Notes: generated by a model not told the origin, from the letters alone. A DNA stretch of 64,000 bases from the human T2T-CHM13v2.0 reference genome, Homo sapiens (GCA_009914755.4 CP086569.2:10208001-10272000), one strand, 5' to 3'; positions 1-12,960 are shown, counted from the stretch's first letter. A program made the numbers and translations.

Positions 1-2100
1 GAGGAGGCGGTGCTGAAGGTGGAAGACATCATGGCTGAGGTGGAGGTGGTGGTTGAGGTGGAGCCCGACGTGGGGTGGCAGAAGGAGGGCCAGCGGGCAC
101 AGCCTGGCCCTGGACCGAGCACACCGGGGCCGTCAATGGACTCGCTGGAGGTCCTTCACTTGGAGCTGGGCTCCGTGAATGCCCCAGGCCACAGAGCATC
201 TCCGCCTTGTGAGCCAGAGCCATATCCTTGCGGCTGCCGATTTGGGATGGCGGGCAGCAGGGGATAGTCATCGGGCCTCGGGGGGTATGGGGGCTGTTTG
301 GGGGGAGGAGCCAGGTGGGAGGCGCGTGGGGTCAGCCAGGAGGCAGGGGATGGGGGACAGCGTGGGAGCCGAGGCCACGTTCCCGCAGCTGTGAGGGCAG
401 CTCGCTTGTAGCAGCCCTGGGAGCACGTGGTAGGGAAGGGGAGCCAGGGCCAGCACTGACAAGGGAGAATCGCAGCGCCAAGGTCCCTTTGCGCACAGCC
501 CAAATTCGAAGGACACGTTTCCCTGGGAACGTCCCTGGAGGACGGGGAATCTGTATGCCATTACCAGCCATTGAACCACCCCTGCTCTCGGTGCCTGTTT
601 CCAGCAGGCTCACCCCAGAAACACAAGGTGCTTAAGACGGGTTCGCGGCGCATGGGGCTGCCGACCACCTGACGGCGGGCACCAGCTCCGCAGATGCGCA
701 TTCATCCAACTGCAGGCGCTGCACTCAAAGGCGTGTAGGCCCTGAGCCTGTATAACTTCCTCTGGACCCACGCAATTCCCTTGGAGAGCGCCAGGCACGA
801 CCCTGCTGTGGCTTCTAACTACAAGGCTTCCCTCAGGTGGACAGGCCCACCCCTCAGGGAGACTAGGATAAGAGGACACCACACACCCGGACATCAGCGG
901 AGCATGTCCAGCACCCAGCACACAAAGGCCTCCTGCATCTCAGAAACCCAGAGAAGCAGCCGCCTCACACCACCCCCGGCCCCTCCCGTCCCTCAGCTGC
1001 AACCACCTGCCCACTTTTTCTGCGTCCCGTCTATGGTCAGCCCAGGCCGTCTTGGCCGGTGTCCACCCACTCCAAAAACCACCACAGTTGTGGCGTTGCC
1101 TCCTCGCCAGACAGAGATAGAGGGCCAACAATGAAGGGTGACTGGCCAAATGTCTGGGAGATGGCCCTGTTCCACATTGTCTGTGTTCTTGCGAAATTGC
1201 AAGGCGTCACGAGGCTTGCCCACCCAATCCTCTGGAGAGTTCTTGCGCAGAGGTAGATTGTTTGGCACACGAGATGTCGGCGTGGGTCGGAAAGCATGCG
1301 GAAGTCCTGCTTTGCTACGTGATGGATTTGCAGGTCAGGCTGGGGAGCCTGGGTCTGTGGGAGGAGTCCAGTGTCTGAGTCAGTTTGAGGTCCCCCTGGG
1401 GACCAGGGTTGTCTCAGTGGGAGAGCTGGGAAGGGGAAACTCATGGTTCACTACAGCTAGTAGGCCACCTCAGCCCAGCTAGCTGAGATGGTCCCATTGA
1501 ATCCATCCTCTTTCTCCTTGATCTGGCAGGTGGAGGAACTCAGCCATCCCGGTTACCGGTGGCAGGATGATTTCCTTTCATCCCAACCTTTATTTCCACA
1601 GTGAAATCATCATGAAGGAGCACTGTGTTGGCATCCTCGGTAAGGAATGCCTGCCAGCATGGTAGGGGAGCTGGTGTGTGGGAGGGTGGGACTGGCATGA
1701 ACCTTCCTGACTCCTCTCCCTGCAGGCTACAGGGTGTCTCATTCCACTGCAGTCCAGCGGTTCTGGGATCACGAAGGTCAAGCCTCCAGCTGCAGGCAGT
1801 ACACCTCCTACCTGAGCTCATTCAGCTGTTTGGCTGAACATGACTGCCCGGGTTTTGGCAGGATTGCTGAGGTGGGGTTCGCCGTGGGGCATCATGGGAA
1901 AGGACCTAGCTGGTCATTCCTTGGTCTCTGGGGAATTGGCTTTAAACTGTCACCTGAACTGTCCTGGACCCACTTCTGCAGTCCCCTAGATCATCAGCCA
2001 GGGCCTATGGCTCAATCCATTGCAGTTCTATCCCATGGAGAGAGGGTCAGCCCTAGAGGCGGAACAGAGAGGAGGCCAGGCGAGCAGCCTAGGGCTGGGA
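1..2100 (+). pseudogene. TSPY-like pseudogene, copy A, cut at its 5' end by the window start. It carries the exon 1 tail plus exon 2-, 3-, 4- and 5-like blocks, with stops and frameshifts.
   Basis: ORF 10..267 reads ...[39 protein letters not shown]..., homologous to TSPY exon 1 ([45 protein letters not shown]). The block 1527..1638 (ag|GTGGAGGAACTC...GGCATCCTCG|gtaagg) aligns to TSPY exon 3 ([19 protein letters not shown] versus ..MISFHPNLYFHSEIIMKEH) but contains a TGA. The block 1728..1873 translates YRVSHSTAVQRFWDHEGQASSC...GFGRIAE|gt. This has the same 48-codon length and the same YR.SHST...IAE ends as TSPY exon 4. An exon 5-like block lies near 1990..2070 (GGCTCAATCCATTGCAGT...GGAACAGAGAGG). 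Paralogous to copy C at 20150..22420. Confidence 0.6.
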
Positions 2101-3213
2101 AGGGCTGGGAACTGAGAGGCCTTTTGACCTGGATCTGGGCCCCACATGGAGAACCCAAGGATCCGGGAGGAGACTGCAGTGAGCAATCCCAGGCAATCCG
2201 TGGGTTGGGGGAGAGAGGCCCATCAGGGACATGTAACACCCACATTTCAGGATCGGGGCACCTTAAGCCACTATGATGCATATGTGGCTAAAGTCAGTGG
2301 GTGACAAGCAGGGCTTAAGGGATAGCTGTCTCATCATTACTCGCCAGCTCCCTGCCCTGCGGTAAGACCTGCTACCACCTGGGGCTCATTTTGAGATCAA
2401 CCAGGGCCCCCTTTTTCTCCACGAGGATGTCCACCTGAGGCCCACCTAGGTCTGTGTCCTTTCACAGTGTTTCTCCCAGGCCATTCATGTTTTGTTTCCA
2501 TGACCCCGGCTGCCTTGACATGTGTAATCCTCTCTGCCATCCTCACTCCCGCTGCCCTGCCTTCCCATATAAGTTAGTCCACCTCACACGGAATCTGGAG
2601 GACCACACTGGGCTCCAGTGTGAGGCAATGTTTTATTTTCTTCAGGTACATGTATTTTAGGGCTACCTTCAGGGCTGGGAATGTGAAGAGATTGCCAAAT
2701 GGCTGGGGACCTTCAGTGTGTGTCCAGGGAGGGAACCTGGCTGGGAATTAAGGCCCACCTGAGTAATGGTATGGACATCCAGTGTCAGTTATCTTGATAA
2801 AGGCCTGCTTTCTTACATCACCTACTATTAGTATAAAAGTTAATTCCTTAGAATATTGAAAAAACAAATCTATGTATGAAGAAATATAATTTGTTCATAA
2901 TTGTATGGAAAAAGCTGCCGACTGATCCATTTTCCATTACAATTCTTATGGGAGACTTGAAGGGTTTAGCAAGTTTTAAGATGCATTTCTATTCGTCTAC
3001 TCCTGCCAGTTTTTATGATCATTTTTGTAATACAAGGACATGGCCTCTGGAAAGTTTTTGAGGGACTTTCAGCTTCTTTTAGGGTAGATAGTTGTAAATT
3101 TTGAATTGTTTTCCCCTGCGGTTCTTTTGAGGTTACTCTTTGTACTTTCTTTGGGGGGTGTTAAATTTGTTTTCTTGTTTCGCCCTTGTGGAACTTTCGT
3201 TTTCAAGGAATTT

Positions 3214-3217
3214 TGTG

Positions 3218-3254
<37 letters not shown>
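3214..3254. repeat. (GT)n microsatellite
   Basis: tgtgtgtgtgcgtgtgtgtg... run. Confidence 0.9.
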
Positions 3255-3256
<2 letters not shown>

Positions 3257-3319
3257 GATATGGGAGTTAGCCTGTGAGCATGTTTTCGAATACGGATTTT
3301 TTTTTTACTTATCAATTTT

Positions 3320-3321
<2 letters not shown>

Positions 3322-3357
<36 letters not shown>
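3322..3357. repeat. (GT)n microsatellite
   Basis: Perfect GT run. The paralogous site in copy C (about 23575..23590) is much shorter. Confidence 0.9.
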
Positions 3358-3360
<3 letters not shown>

Positions 3361-5030
3361 TTTCTTTTCAGTTGGAGTCTCACTGTGTCATCCAGGCTGC
3401 AGTCAAGTGGCAAACTCTCAGATCACTGCAACCTCTCCCTCCAGCTTCAAAGGATTCCTCTGCCTGCTGATGCTGTTTTTCCCCCACATGAGGAGAACCT
3501 GCAGACAGTTATAAAAAATTCTGTGCCTGGGTAGGTATGAAAATATAATTTCAATGAATGGTAAATTTCACAAATACAGTTTCACATTTGTATTTTGCAT
3601 CATTTTGAAAATTTTAGTTGCTGACACATGAAATTCTGTATTGACTTTCATGTTAAATGTACACTTTTGAATCAATTTCAACAGTGACAACTAGCGAAGG
3701 CCAAGCGTTAGTTCAGGAAGCTGAAAGCAGTCGTTCTGTAAAAAAAAAACCATATTTATTGAAGGTATATTTAGAGAGATTTTAGAAGGCTTCAGTCAAT
3801 ATTTTTGTTTCTGTTGCTCTGGTGTTTTATCATACAGGGACCAGACTGTAGCATCAGTAGCTATAGTTACAAGGCTACCAAAGACTCAGTGCTATAGAAA
3901 TTATTATTGTGGAAATTGGCAGCCTGGCTGTCTGTTTGAGGAGACTAGAGGACTTAGGAGTTTCCACCCAAAGTACAAGGGCCTGGTTTAGTGGGTGGCC
4001 TTCTTTTGCTGAAGTAGATAAGATCCAGGAGAAGGGTGGATTCACTGTAGTAGCCAGGGCTTTGAGACTGGTAAAGCTTATTTGTCCCCTAGTGCCATTG
4101 CCAGATATTGGTCTGTGCATAAAGGCACTTCCTGGACTCACTGACGCCTGTAAATTCAAATGTAGAATTTAGATTTAATTCCCTATTCCAACTTCTTAAA
4201 CTTAGATCTAATAGGTGGGTAATAAAATATGTATTCAGAAGAAAGGGAGACGTCAGGTAGGTATATAAGCAAATCATCCTGGTCAAATACCTTCAAAAAT
4301 ATTACTACAAAAAATTACTGAAGATTAAACCTTAAAAAGTTATTTTAATTGGAGAAACAGAAAAAGGTTGGAGTCATTTTAAACCCTGAGGTGTAAAGGT
4401 ACTGTTATTAGATTACAGGAATTATATACAATGAATAATTTGTTGGAAGAGCAGCATACTATCTCTTTAGTATGGCTAGAGATTCATAAGCCGTGTAAGA
4501 AAACTCAGAGATTGAGAAGAAAATGTTTTCAGGGATTTTGTTCTGTTATGAAAGACTTTTAAAATGGTTTCCTACTGATCAATGATTCACTTATATTTAT
4601 CACTGAGGCATATGCTATATACCCTTCTATATAGGGATGAAGTTATAGTTTCTATCATGTAGATACAAAAACATGTGACTCTGTACCACATTTGCATTAG
4701 AGCCTTTGGCATGATTAATGAAGCAAACAGTGGAACTGTCTACGTCAGGTTACAGGTGGGCACAGCTGGAAGCTTCTGTCCCTTGCACTTTAACATTTCT
4801 GCATTCTCATCTGTCTCTCCTGGAAAGAAAACGGACTATAACTATCCTAAAGGACATATGTTACATGAAGACACTAAGTATTGAGATAAGACCATGAGTT
4901 GTCTTATCAGTGTCTTGGCATTACATTTATATGTATAACTTATACAAAAAATCCAGTTTATTTTATCACGATTACATATTACATCCCACATTTATGTATT
5001 TTATTATCTTTCCAGTGACTGTTTTGTTTT

Positions 5031-5130
5031 GTTTTGTTTTGTTTTGTTTTGAAATCTCGTTCCACTCTGTCACTCAGTCTGGAATGCAGTGGCCTGATCT
5101 CAGCTCATTGCAACCTCCATCTCTTGGGTT
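5031..5130 (-). mobile_element. Alu 3' fragment with a degenerate (TTTTG)n tail
   Basis: gttttgttttg... followed by gaaatctcgttccactctgtcactcagtctggaatgcagtggcctgatctcagctcattgcaacctccatctcttgggttcaagg, which is the reverse complement of an Alu right arm. The full Alu is present at the paralogous position 25580..25870. Confidence 0.7.
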
Positions 5131-5689
5131 CAAGGATTTTAAAAATTAGTAAAGAATTTTCAATTGAGTTAGCAGAAGTAAAAATAAACTTAAGTGGAAA
5201 TAGAACAACAAAATTGTAAACACTATTTCTCAGCAATTCATAGATTATCATACTAGGAATTGAAATGTACTTAGAACTCAATGATACCGCCAATATTAAA
5301 GATTAAATCTGTGAGTAGCAAGAAAAGTGATATTACAATAGGAGTTTACAGACAAATATTTCTCTAATAACTTGAAAATTAATGTACTAGATATTTCAAT
5401 AAAGAATTAGAAAAGAAACAACAGAATCAATTCTGAAAAACTAAAGTGTGGGAATAATGATGTAGACAAAATTAGTAAAACATACAAAGCTAACCTTTGC
5501 TTGTTGGAGAAATATAATAAATGATGCAACCGTCAGTCAAGTTTAGAAAAAAAGGGAGAAAACATAGATAAAACTAAGAATTTAAAAGGTACACAACCAT
5601 AGATACAGCATAGATTAAGAAGCTAATAAGGAAATATCATTAACACCTTAACCTACAAATTTGAAAACTTAGATCAAATAGACAGATAT

Positions 5690-5830
5690 TTATAATCTGT
5701 CTATATATATAGACATATATATCGCTTTCTATATATATTTTCATATTTATACATAATTTTTATATTTGTATCTTACATTTATATATATAATATATAAACA
5801 TAAGCTATGTATATAGCTTAGTAAAATTGA
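5690..5830. repeat. AT-rich (TA)n/(TATA) low-complexity tract
   Basis: tctatatatatagacatatatatcgctttctatatatattttcatatttatacataatttttatatttgtatcttacatttatatatataatatataaac. Confidence 0.7.
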
Positions 5831-6566
5831 TACAAGAAGACATATATAATCTGTATAGTCTCATAAATGTTCAAGGAAATAAAGGATTCTTCCTAGAGAT
5901 AAAACGCTAGGCTCAGATTTTTTTCCCCAGGCAGAGCATTTCAATATATATGAAGAATTCTATAGAATAAAAAAGGGAAAATCCTAAACTCATTGTGTGA
6001 AGCAAGCAGAACTTTGACGCCAACAAGACATAAACTGAGTGTAGAAAAAGATATGAAAATTAAGGCCATTCTCATTCCTGAAGCAAATCGTAAAATCCCA
6101 AATGTAACAAGATTTATGTGGATTCTTTGAGGGTTAGAAGGAAATTTCCTTCTGCCAGATCCTGCTGCTCTGGGACAACCCACACACAAATTTATGTTTT
6201 GAGATTTTCTGTAATACCCATGCAATATGGAACTGGCTTGACAATCTGTGTGATAGCCAGCCTGTGGCCATGACTTCTCAGGGACACAAATCTTTTCTGT
6301 TTGCCTCCTTGTTCTGCTCAGCTCCAAGAGAACTTTGACCAAAGTTCCTTGAGCTTGGAAATAGGAATGGGTTTGCTTCTGTTTCACCCTTACTGTGAAG
6401 ATACAGTCCGGTGGAATCCAGATCCACTGGGAGAGAGTCGGCTATTAAACTCTTTTCATGAGTAGTCCCTAGGCCTTGACTGGAGTCTTTCTTGAGATAT
6501 GAGGCTAATAGTTCCTTCTTGGTCCACCACTTTTTGATATAATTAATGCTTCTTCTATTGGGAATT

Positions 6567-6950
6567 TTTAATTGTTTGGGAAGTGACATGGTTTGGTGTG
6601 TCTCCATTCAAATCTCAGCTTCAATTGTATCTCCCAGAATTCCCTCGTGTTGCGGGTGGGACCCAGGGGGAGGTAATTGAATCATGGGGGTCGGTCTTTC
6701 TCATGCTATTCTTGTGACAGTGAAGAAGTCTCACGGGATCTGATGGGTTTTTCAGGGGTTTCTGCCTCAGGTTCTTCCTCATTCTCTCTTGGCATTGCCA
6801 TGTAAGAAGTGCCTTTATTCGTATACCATGATTCTGAGGCCTCCACAGCCATGTGGAACTGTCAGTCCAATTAAACCTCCTTTTATTCCCAGTTTCAGGT
6901 ATGTCTTCTTCAGCAGCGTGAAAATGAACTAAGACAGGAGGTTTGGTCCA
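6567..6950 (+). mobile_element. MaLR LTR (THE1/MST-like), apparently a 3' or solo LTR
   Basis: tgacatggtttggtgtgtctccattcaaatctcagcttcaattgtatctcccagaattccctcgtgttgcgggtgggacccagggggaggtaattgaatcatggggg...ccatgattctgaggcctccacagccatgtggaactgtcagtccaattaaacctcc matches the well-known THE1/MST LTR consensus. The consensus reads TGATATGGTTTGGCTGTGTCCCCACCCAAATCTCATCTTGAATTGTAGCTCCCATAATTCCCACGTGTTGTGGGAGGGACC...GGTAATTGAATCATGGGGG. Confidence 0.65.
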
Positions 6951-7043
6951 AATAACCTTGGCTTCCATGATAGAAGATAGAAGTTGCTGAAATGTTTAAT
7001 CTTTTCTGTGGCAACCTTTTGCAGTGGGTCTTATTTTTCTCAT

Positions 7044-7349
7044 TTTTTTTTTCTTGTTCTCTTCACCTTTCTTTCTCACAGGGTACTCTCGCTCTGTAGA
7101 CCAGGCTGGAGCGCAGTGGCAGGATCTCAGCTCAACACATCCTCCGCCTCCCAGGTTCAGCCTCTGCAGTAGCTGGGATTACAAGCATGCATCACCACGC
7201 TCAGCTAATGTTTTGTATTTTTAGTAGAAGCCAGGCTTCACCATGTTGGCCAGGCTGCTCTCCTACTACAGATCTCAGGTGACCCGCCCGACTCAGCTTC
7301 CCAAAATCCAGAGTGCTGGGAATACAGGTGTGAGCCACCGAGCCCAGCC
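7044..7349 (-). mobile_element. Alu (full length, T-rich tail at its left end)
   Basis: ggtactctcgctctgtagaccaggctggagcgcagtggcaggatctcagctcaacacatcctccgcctcccaggttcagcc...ggtgtgagccaccgagcccagcc. Confidence 0.85.
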
Positions 7350-7395
7350 AACTCCAGTATTTTTTACCTAAGCCAGTGGACGAGTGGAGTTGCCT

Positions 7396-7699
7396 TTATT
7401 TTTTTTTTTCTTTTTTCAGTCATGGTCTCGCTGTGTCATCCAGGCTGGAGTGCAGTAGTCTGATCTTGGCTTACTATACAATCTCTGCCACCCATGTTCA
7501 GGTGGTTCTCCTACCTCAGCCTCCCAAGTAGCTGGGACCACAGGAAAGTGCCACTAGGTCTGGCTAATTTTTGTATTTTTGGTAGAGACAGCTTTTTGCC
7601 ATGTTGCCCATGCTGGTCTCCAACTCCTGACCTCAAGTGACCCACCAACCTCGGCCTCCCAAAATGTAGAAATTACAACAAGAGCCACGAAGCCTGGCC
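7396..7699 (-). mobile_element. Alu (full length)
   Basis: Poly-T followed by catggtctcgctgtgtcatccaggctggagtgcagtag...cctcccaaaatgtagaaattacaacaagagccacgaagcctggcc. Confidence 0.85.
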
Positions 7700-9769
7700 T
7701 GGAGTTGTGGCTTTTTGACATAAGAAATCTGTGGAGGGAAAAGCTTGGTTTGTGGGAGCACCTGAGCTCAGTTTGGCTCAAAGGTTTGGGATACCTATTA
7801 TTGAGTGGCAGTGATGGTATGTTGTTAATGCACAATATGTTCCTGTATATAGCATATGTCTATGCTCATCAGATATTTTCAGGTAAAAAAAGATAGTCAT
7901 TCCAGTAGTTTGAGCCATTATAGCAATTTCCACCAGGGGATTTCACAGTCCAATTCCAGTTGTGGGCAACAGTGATTAACATAATGGTAATTAATGAGAA
8001 GAGATTTTGAGACGTCCAGCCACGTTTCCATGTCAGTGCCTTGTTTGCAGTATTATGAAGAAAGAGTGCATTGGACTAGATACTAAGAAAAACATTGAAT
8101 TATTTTTCTTGCCTCTATAACATCAAAGGACAATTAGAGATATAGAAACTATGGAACATTTCACAGCATGGCTTGACATTTCACTGAACTTTTATCCTTT
8201 TAACCATGTACAAAGTTTGTTACCTATGCAAAGGTAGGACTGCAAAAGGAAGACAGAGGTGGAGTCAGAGGTCACAATCCACAGCAAGGTGACACTCTTG
8301 TTGATCGCACCTTGAAAGCCAAATTAGAGCGAGAATTAACTTTCCGGTTGCCGTAAGAGAACAAGGAGAATGAAGCTACCAGCAGTTAACAGTATTGGAT
8401 TAATTGAAATGAAGGTGGACAGATTTTTTTGGCTTTCCATCAAATTGAGTAAAGAAAAGGTAACCGCTTATCTAATTTCACACACATACAATTATGGATT
8501 AATTAAAAGATTACACAACCCATATATTATGGGTTTCTCATATAAGTGTATATATACATGGGCAAACTCACAGTGTGCCAGTATGTGTCTATATCCAAAT
8601 ATATACAAATCCATGTCCAACAGTTAGCAAGTGAGAAATTCTCTTCCATTTCACCATTCCCTTTCCTAGAATTTTTTCATAAATATAATTTTTCCATATA
8701 TTTGAAGCCTACTCTCTGGAGGCATGTAATGCATGCATGCAGTAAACCTGTGCGATATCACAATGTTGGTGTCAGAGAAAACTATAACACCGATGTTATA
8801 AAAGATTAATTGTGAGGAGAAAGTTATGCTTCGCATTACTACAAATACACAAGTATGATTTCATCCAAAGCTGAAATCAGTCAATATAATTTGTTTTTAA
8901 TGTTTTATTTAAAATCCTTAATTTCAACAGGATTACTCAAGAAAAATAACGTTATTGGTATTAAATAATGTTGATGTATTCCCTTTAATTGTTGATTATT
9001 TAAAATGTCAGTAAAGTAGTAAATGGCACTGTACAATGTAGTTTCATGAAGCATTCTTTATACTTTTCATAAAATTGATAGTCTCCATGGAATATTTTAA
9101 GACTGAGGAAGTTCCATATATCATTTGATTGTACTTTCACTTTATTACTTGCTTGCATGTCATAACTGATGGAAATAAAACTATGTATATTTACAAATAT
9201 GAAAAACATGGATTTTTGTTTACGTTTTCTAGTGAGACAGTTACCAATAATTTTATCTATATAGGAAAATTTTTACAAACCCAAAGTTCTAATGTTTCTT
9301 TTCTTTGAAGTTTCGTATTTCAGTCTAGGTATGTAATGGAATTGGCTGTGATCATTCTTTGATTTCAGTGTTATTTGTGAGTTTCTGATATGCTTTTAGG
9401 AATGTATAGAGTTTAACGCTTGCTTTCTTCTTCTTCCTCTACCTTTGGACCTGTATATGCGATGTCTGCAGTAATGTGCAGTGCTATCTGACATACGGTT
9501 GCTGAAAGATACAAGCATATATAGAATTCTTCGTTTCAGTGAATCTTTAGGAACAGACAAGTAACCTGAGAGATAATTACGGTATGAATGTAAGCAAGCA
9601 GTTTATCATAGAGGTACAATAAGGGTGAAAATAAATTTAAAAATACATGCCTCATCCAAAACATGAGGTAGTAAAAATGAAAAATTTAAGTTGGCATAAA
9701 GAACACTTTAAAAGTTCTGATTCTTTCTGGTGAGAGCAAGGAGCTCAGAAACCATGAGAAAGTCCTTCA

Positions 9770-10520
9770 AAGCTGCATGTTGGATTTGCAGGTCAGGATG
9801 GAAAGCCTGGGTCTGGGGGAGGGTGCTAAGGTCCTGGTCAGGTTGAGGTCCTTCTGGGGCTCAGGTGTGTCTCAGCGGGAAAGCTGGGAAGGGGAAACGC
9901 ATGCTTCACCCCGGCTAGAATGCCACCTCAGCCCACCTAGATGAAATTGCCCCTTCACAGCCCTGTTTCTCCTTCTTGGACAGGCAGGTGGAGGAACTCG
10001 GCCACCCTGAATACAAGGGGTAGGAAGAAGTTTGCCTTTCATCACAACATTTACTTCGGAAACAAAGTGATGACTAAGGAGTATTGCGTTGGCATCCTCC
10101 CTGAGGAGTAGAGGGGGTAGTACCTCGGAAGCTGGGCCTGGCGTGCGCCTTCCTGACTCGTCTCCCTCCAGGATACAGGGCGACTGGCTCCACTGCAGTC
10201 CAGTGGTTCTAGGGTCATGCAGGTGAAAGCCCGAGTTTCCCGCAGGTCACTGCCTGAGCTTCTTCAGCTGGTTGTCTGACTGTGAGGGCCCAGGTTACGG
10301 CACGATTGCTGAGGTGGGGCAGCTATGGGGCATCATGGCAAAGGACCTTCTTCGACATTCCTTGGCATCGGAGGAATTGGCTTTGAACCAGAACCTGACC
10401 TGTCACGACCAATTTGCCCAGTCCACCAGATCATCAGCCAGGGCCTGTGGCTCTATATTCTGCAGCACTACCCAAGGGAGTTAGGCCCTCAGAGAGGGAA
10501 CAGAGAAGAGGCCAGGGAAG
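9770..10520 (+). pseudogene. TSPY-like pseudogene fragment, copy B (exon 2-, 3-, 4- and 5-like blocks, more diverged)
   Basis: gcatgttggatttgcag|GTCAGGATGGAAAGCCTGGG matches the TSPY exon 2 end (...GTCAGCCTGGAG|gt). The block at 9990..10112 (caggtggaggaactcggccaccctgaatacaaggggtag...tttcatcacaacatttacttcggaaacaaagtgatgactaaggagtattgcgttggcatcctc) encodes HHNIYFGNKVMTKEYCVGIL, matching [24 protein letters not shown], but with a stop. The block at 10185..10330 is exon 4-like, and a ..gagagggaacagagaagaggccagg exon 5-like tail follows. This is a third paralogue of the 1130..2100 and 21590..22420 modules at about 75% identity. Confidence 0.45.
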
Positions 10521-11227
10521 CAGCCCAGGGCTGGGGGTTGACAGGCCTGTGGGTCCTGGAGTTAGGACACACATAGAGAAGCCAAGGCTCAGGGAGGAGA
10601 CTGCAGTAAGGAAACTCAGGCCATCATGGGCTGGTGGAGAAATGCCCATCAGGGAACTGTGGTACCCACATTTCACGATGGGGGAACCGTAATCTGCTTA
10701 ATAGGCATAAGTAGCTAAGGTCAATGGGTGGGAAGCCAGGGTCAAGAGATAGCTGCCTCATCATCCCTTGCTAGCTACTTCCCTGTCCTGAGGCTTGCTT
10801 CTACCTGGGGTTCAGTTTGGGCTCAACCAGGGATCTCTCACCCTCCACACAGATGCCCACCTGAGGCCTCTCTAGGTCTGCGTCCTCCCAGAATGACTCT
10901 CCCAGGCCTGCTAAGTACCGTTTGGATGACACCACGCTCCACTGACATGCTTGGTTCCCTCCGCCATCCTCATTCACCCAGCAACTCCCCACCCCAAAAA
11001 AGGCAGGCCACCGCACAGGGAATCTGGAGGACCACACAGGGCTCACAGGGGAGGAAATGTGAAGAGATGGCAAAACAGAACAGGACATTCCGTGTGTTTC
11101 CAGAAGGCAATCTGGCTGGATATTAAGGCCCACCTCAGTATTGGTGAGGACACCCAGTGTCTCTTGGCCCTGAGCATGTGCACACAAACACGCACATTGT
11201 CTAAACGGCATTGACATCACTACTACC

Positions 11228-12960
11228 TGAGTCATCCTCAGATTCTATACAACCCCTGTAAAAATATCAATGACACATTCTTCTTAGAAAAACAATCTGG
11301 GAATCCCAAATTTGCTATGAAATGGCAGAAGATCCTGAAAACCCAGAGCAATCCAGTAAAAAGCACAAAGCTGGAGCCACCACACTACCTAACTTCATGA
11401 TATACTACTACAAAACTTTTTGTACCAAAATACAATAGCACTGGCAGAAAAGCAGAGACTAGAGCTTAGGAAAAACAACAGGAGCCCAGAACTAAGTCAC
11501 TGCATTTGCAGCTCACAGCCTTTTCCCAAAGAAGCAAGAACGCCCAATGCAAAATCAAGTATCTTCTATAAACTAGGTTGGGGAAATCTGAATAGCCACA
11601 CAAAGGATTTTACAAGTGGATTATTTATCACCAAACTCCAGTGTCAGATGTGAAACGATAAAAATAGCAGAAGAGATCACAAGGAAGAAGCTCCATGGCG
11701 TCCGTGTGTGCAATGATGGTCTCAAAGTGACTGCAAGAACACAGTAAACACCATCAAAAATAGAGAATGGAATCATATCAAACTAAAGTGCTTCACCACA
11801 CCATAGAAAACTCAACATACAGAAGGGGCATCCTACAGGATGGGAGCAATGATTGGATCACCATACATCTGTTCATGGGGGAATAGTCACAGTACATAAG
11901 GAACTCCCAACAACTCAATAGCATGAAAACAAATGGGCGAAGGCTGCGAAGACTCATTTGTGAAACTGAGACTTACAGTTGCCCAGAAGACACACTAAAA
12001 ATTCCTCATTATCCCCAATCCATCACGAAAATGCAAATCAAAAACACAATGAGATTTCTTCTCACTTCAGTCAGAATGCATATTATCCGAAAGACAAACA
12101 AACAAAAAAAAAAAAAGAAAGAAAAGAAAACCCTAATCTCTGGTGAGGAGGCAGAGAAAACGAATTCCCTGCTCACTTTTGGGGAGAATGTAAATTAGTG
12201 CTGGCATTAAAGAAGCTTTATGGCTCTTATTTAAGTATAAACAGTCTTCAGAAATCTACAAGTAGAACCACCCACTATATGATCCAGCAAATCAGAATAC
12301 CCGGGCACGCCCGCCAGTACACAGATCAGTATGTCGAAGCGGTGCGCGCACCCATGCAATTATTGCTGCACTCATTACATTTTTGCTGTAGCCAAAATAC
12401 GGAAGCAACCTGAGTGTCCCTCCATTGATAAGTGGATTAAAAAATGGGGCAAAAACGCATATGCGCAACGGAAATATGCGCTGCAGTAAGAAATCAGGAA
12501 ATCCTGCCAGTTGTGAGAATGTGTGGGAATCTGCTGAATGTGTGCATGCCATTCTGTTAAGTGACATAAGCCAGGTATCAGAAAGGAAAATAGCACATGA
12601 TCTCATTCTTATATGAAATCAAAAAAGCGGACTTCACAGAAGTAGTGACTCCAATGACTGCGGTGAAGAGGGTGCACTGACGAGATGCTGGATGAAGAAC
12701 TCATACTTCTAGTTATAAAGGAGGAATAGGTTAAAAATATTTTCTTCAGCATGCTCACTATAACTAGTGGTAACATATTCTTTCTCTAAAAATATTCGAA
12801 TACAGTGCAGGTCAAGTTTTTTCACAACAAAAATGACAACTATGTGAGGTCACACATATGTTGATTGGCTGGATGTATCCAATGCATAATGTATATGACC
12901 TGTTGAACATCACGCCTTAAGTTGTAAATATGTATCATTTCATATGACGTTTTTTAAACA
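11228..12960 (+). mobile_element. Ancient L1 (L1M/L1PB-like) 3' fragment (ORF2 3' part plus 3' UTR)
   Basis: Colinear with L1 ORF2 3' sequence: ...aatgcaaatcaaaaacacaatgagatttcttctcacttcagtcagaatgcatattatccgaaagacaaac, then tggggagaatgtaaattagtgc..., then ccattgataagtggattaaaaaatgggg, and finally a typical old-L1 3' UTR ending in an AT-rich tail. Heavily mutated with no ORF. Confidence 0.6.

Larger units (their letters stand above)
1..5110. repeat. Segmental direct repeat, copy A. It is paralogous to 20318..25680, offset 20317 bp, about 90% identical.
   Basis: Position 1 (gaggaggcggtgctgaaggtgg) corresponds to 20318. Long colinear matches include 2700..3200 with 22970..23470, ORFs 3875..4159 with 24474..24758, and 4675..4884 with 25230..25439. 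Homology ends near 5110 and 25680. Confidence 0.7.

Noticed and set aside
5941-6968. Minus-strand ORFs of 148, 109 and 115 aa
   Set aside because: They overlap the MaLR LTR and adjacent MaLR-internal-like sequence. They show no homology I recognise and no codon-usage signal. They are likely chance ORFs in a repeat.
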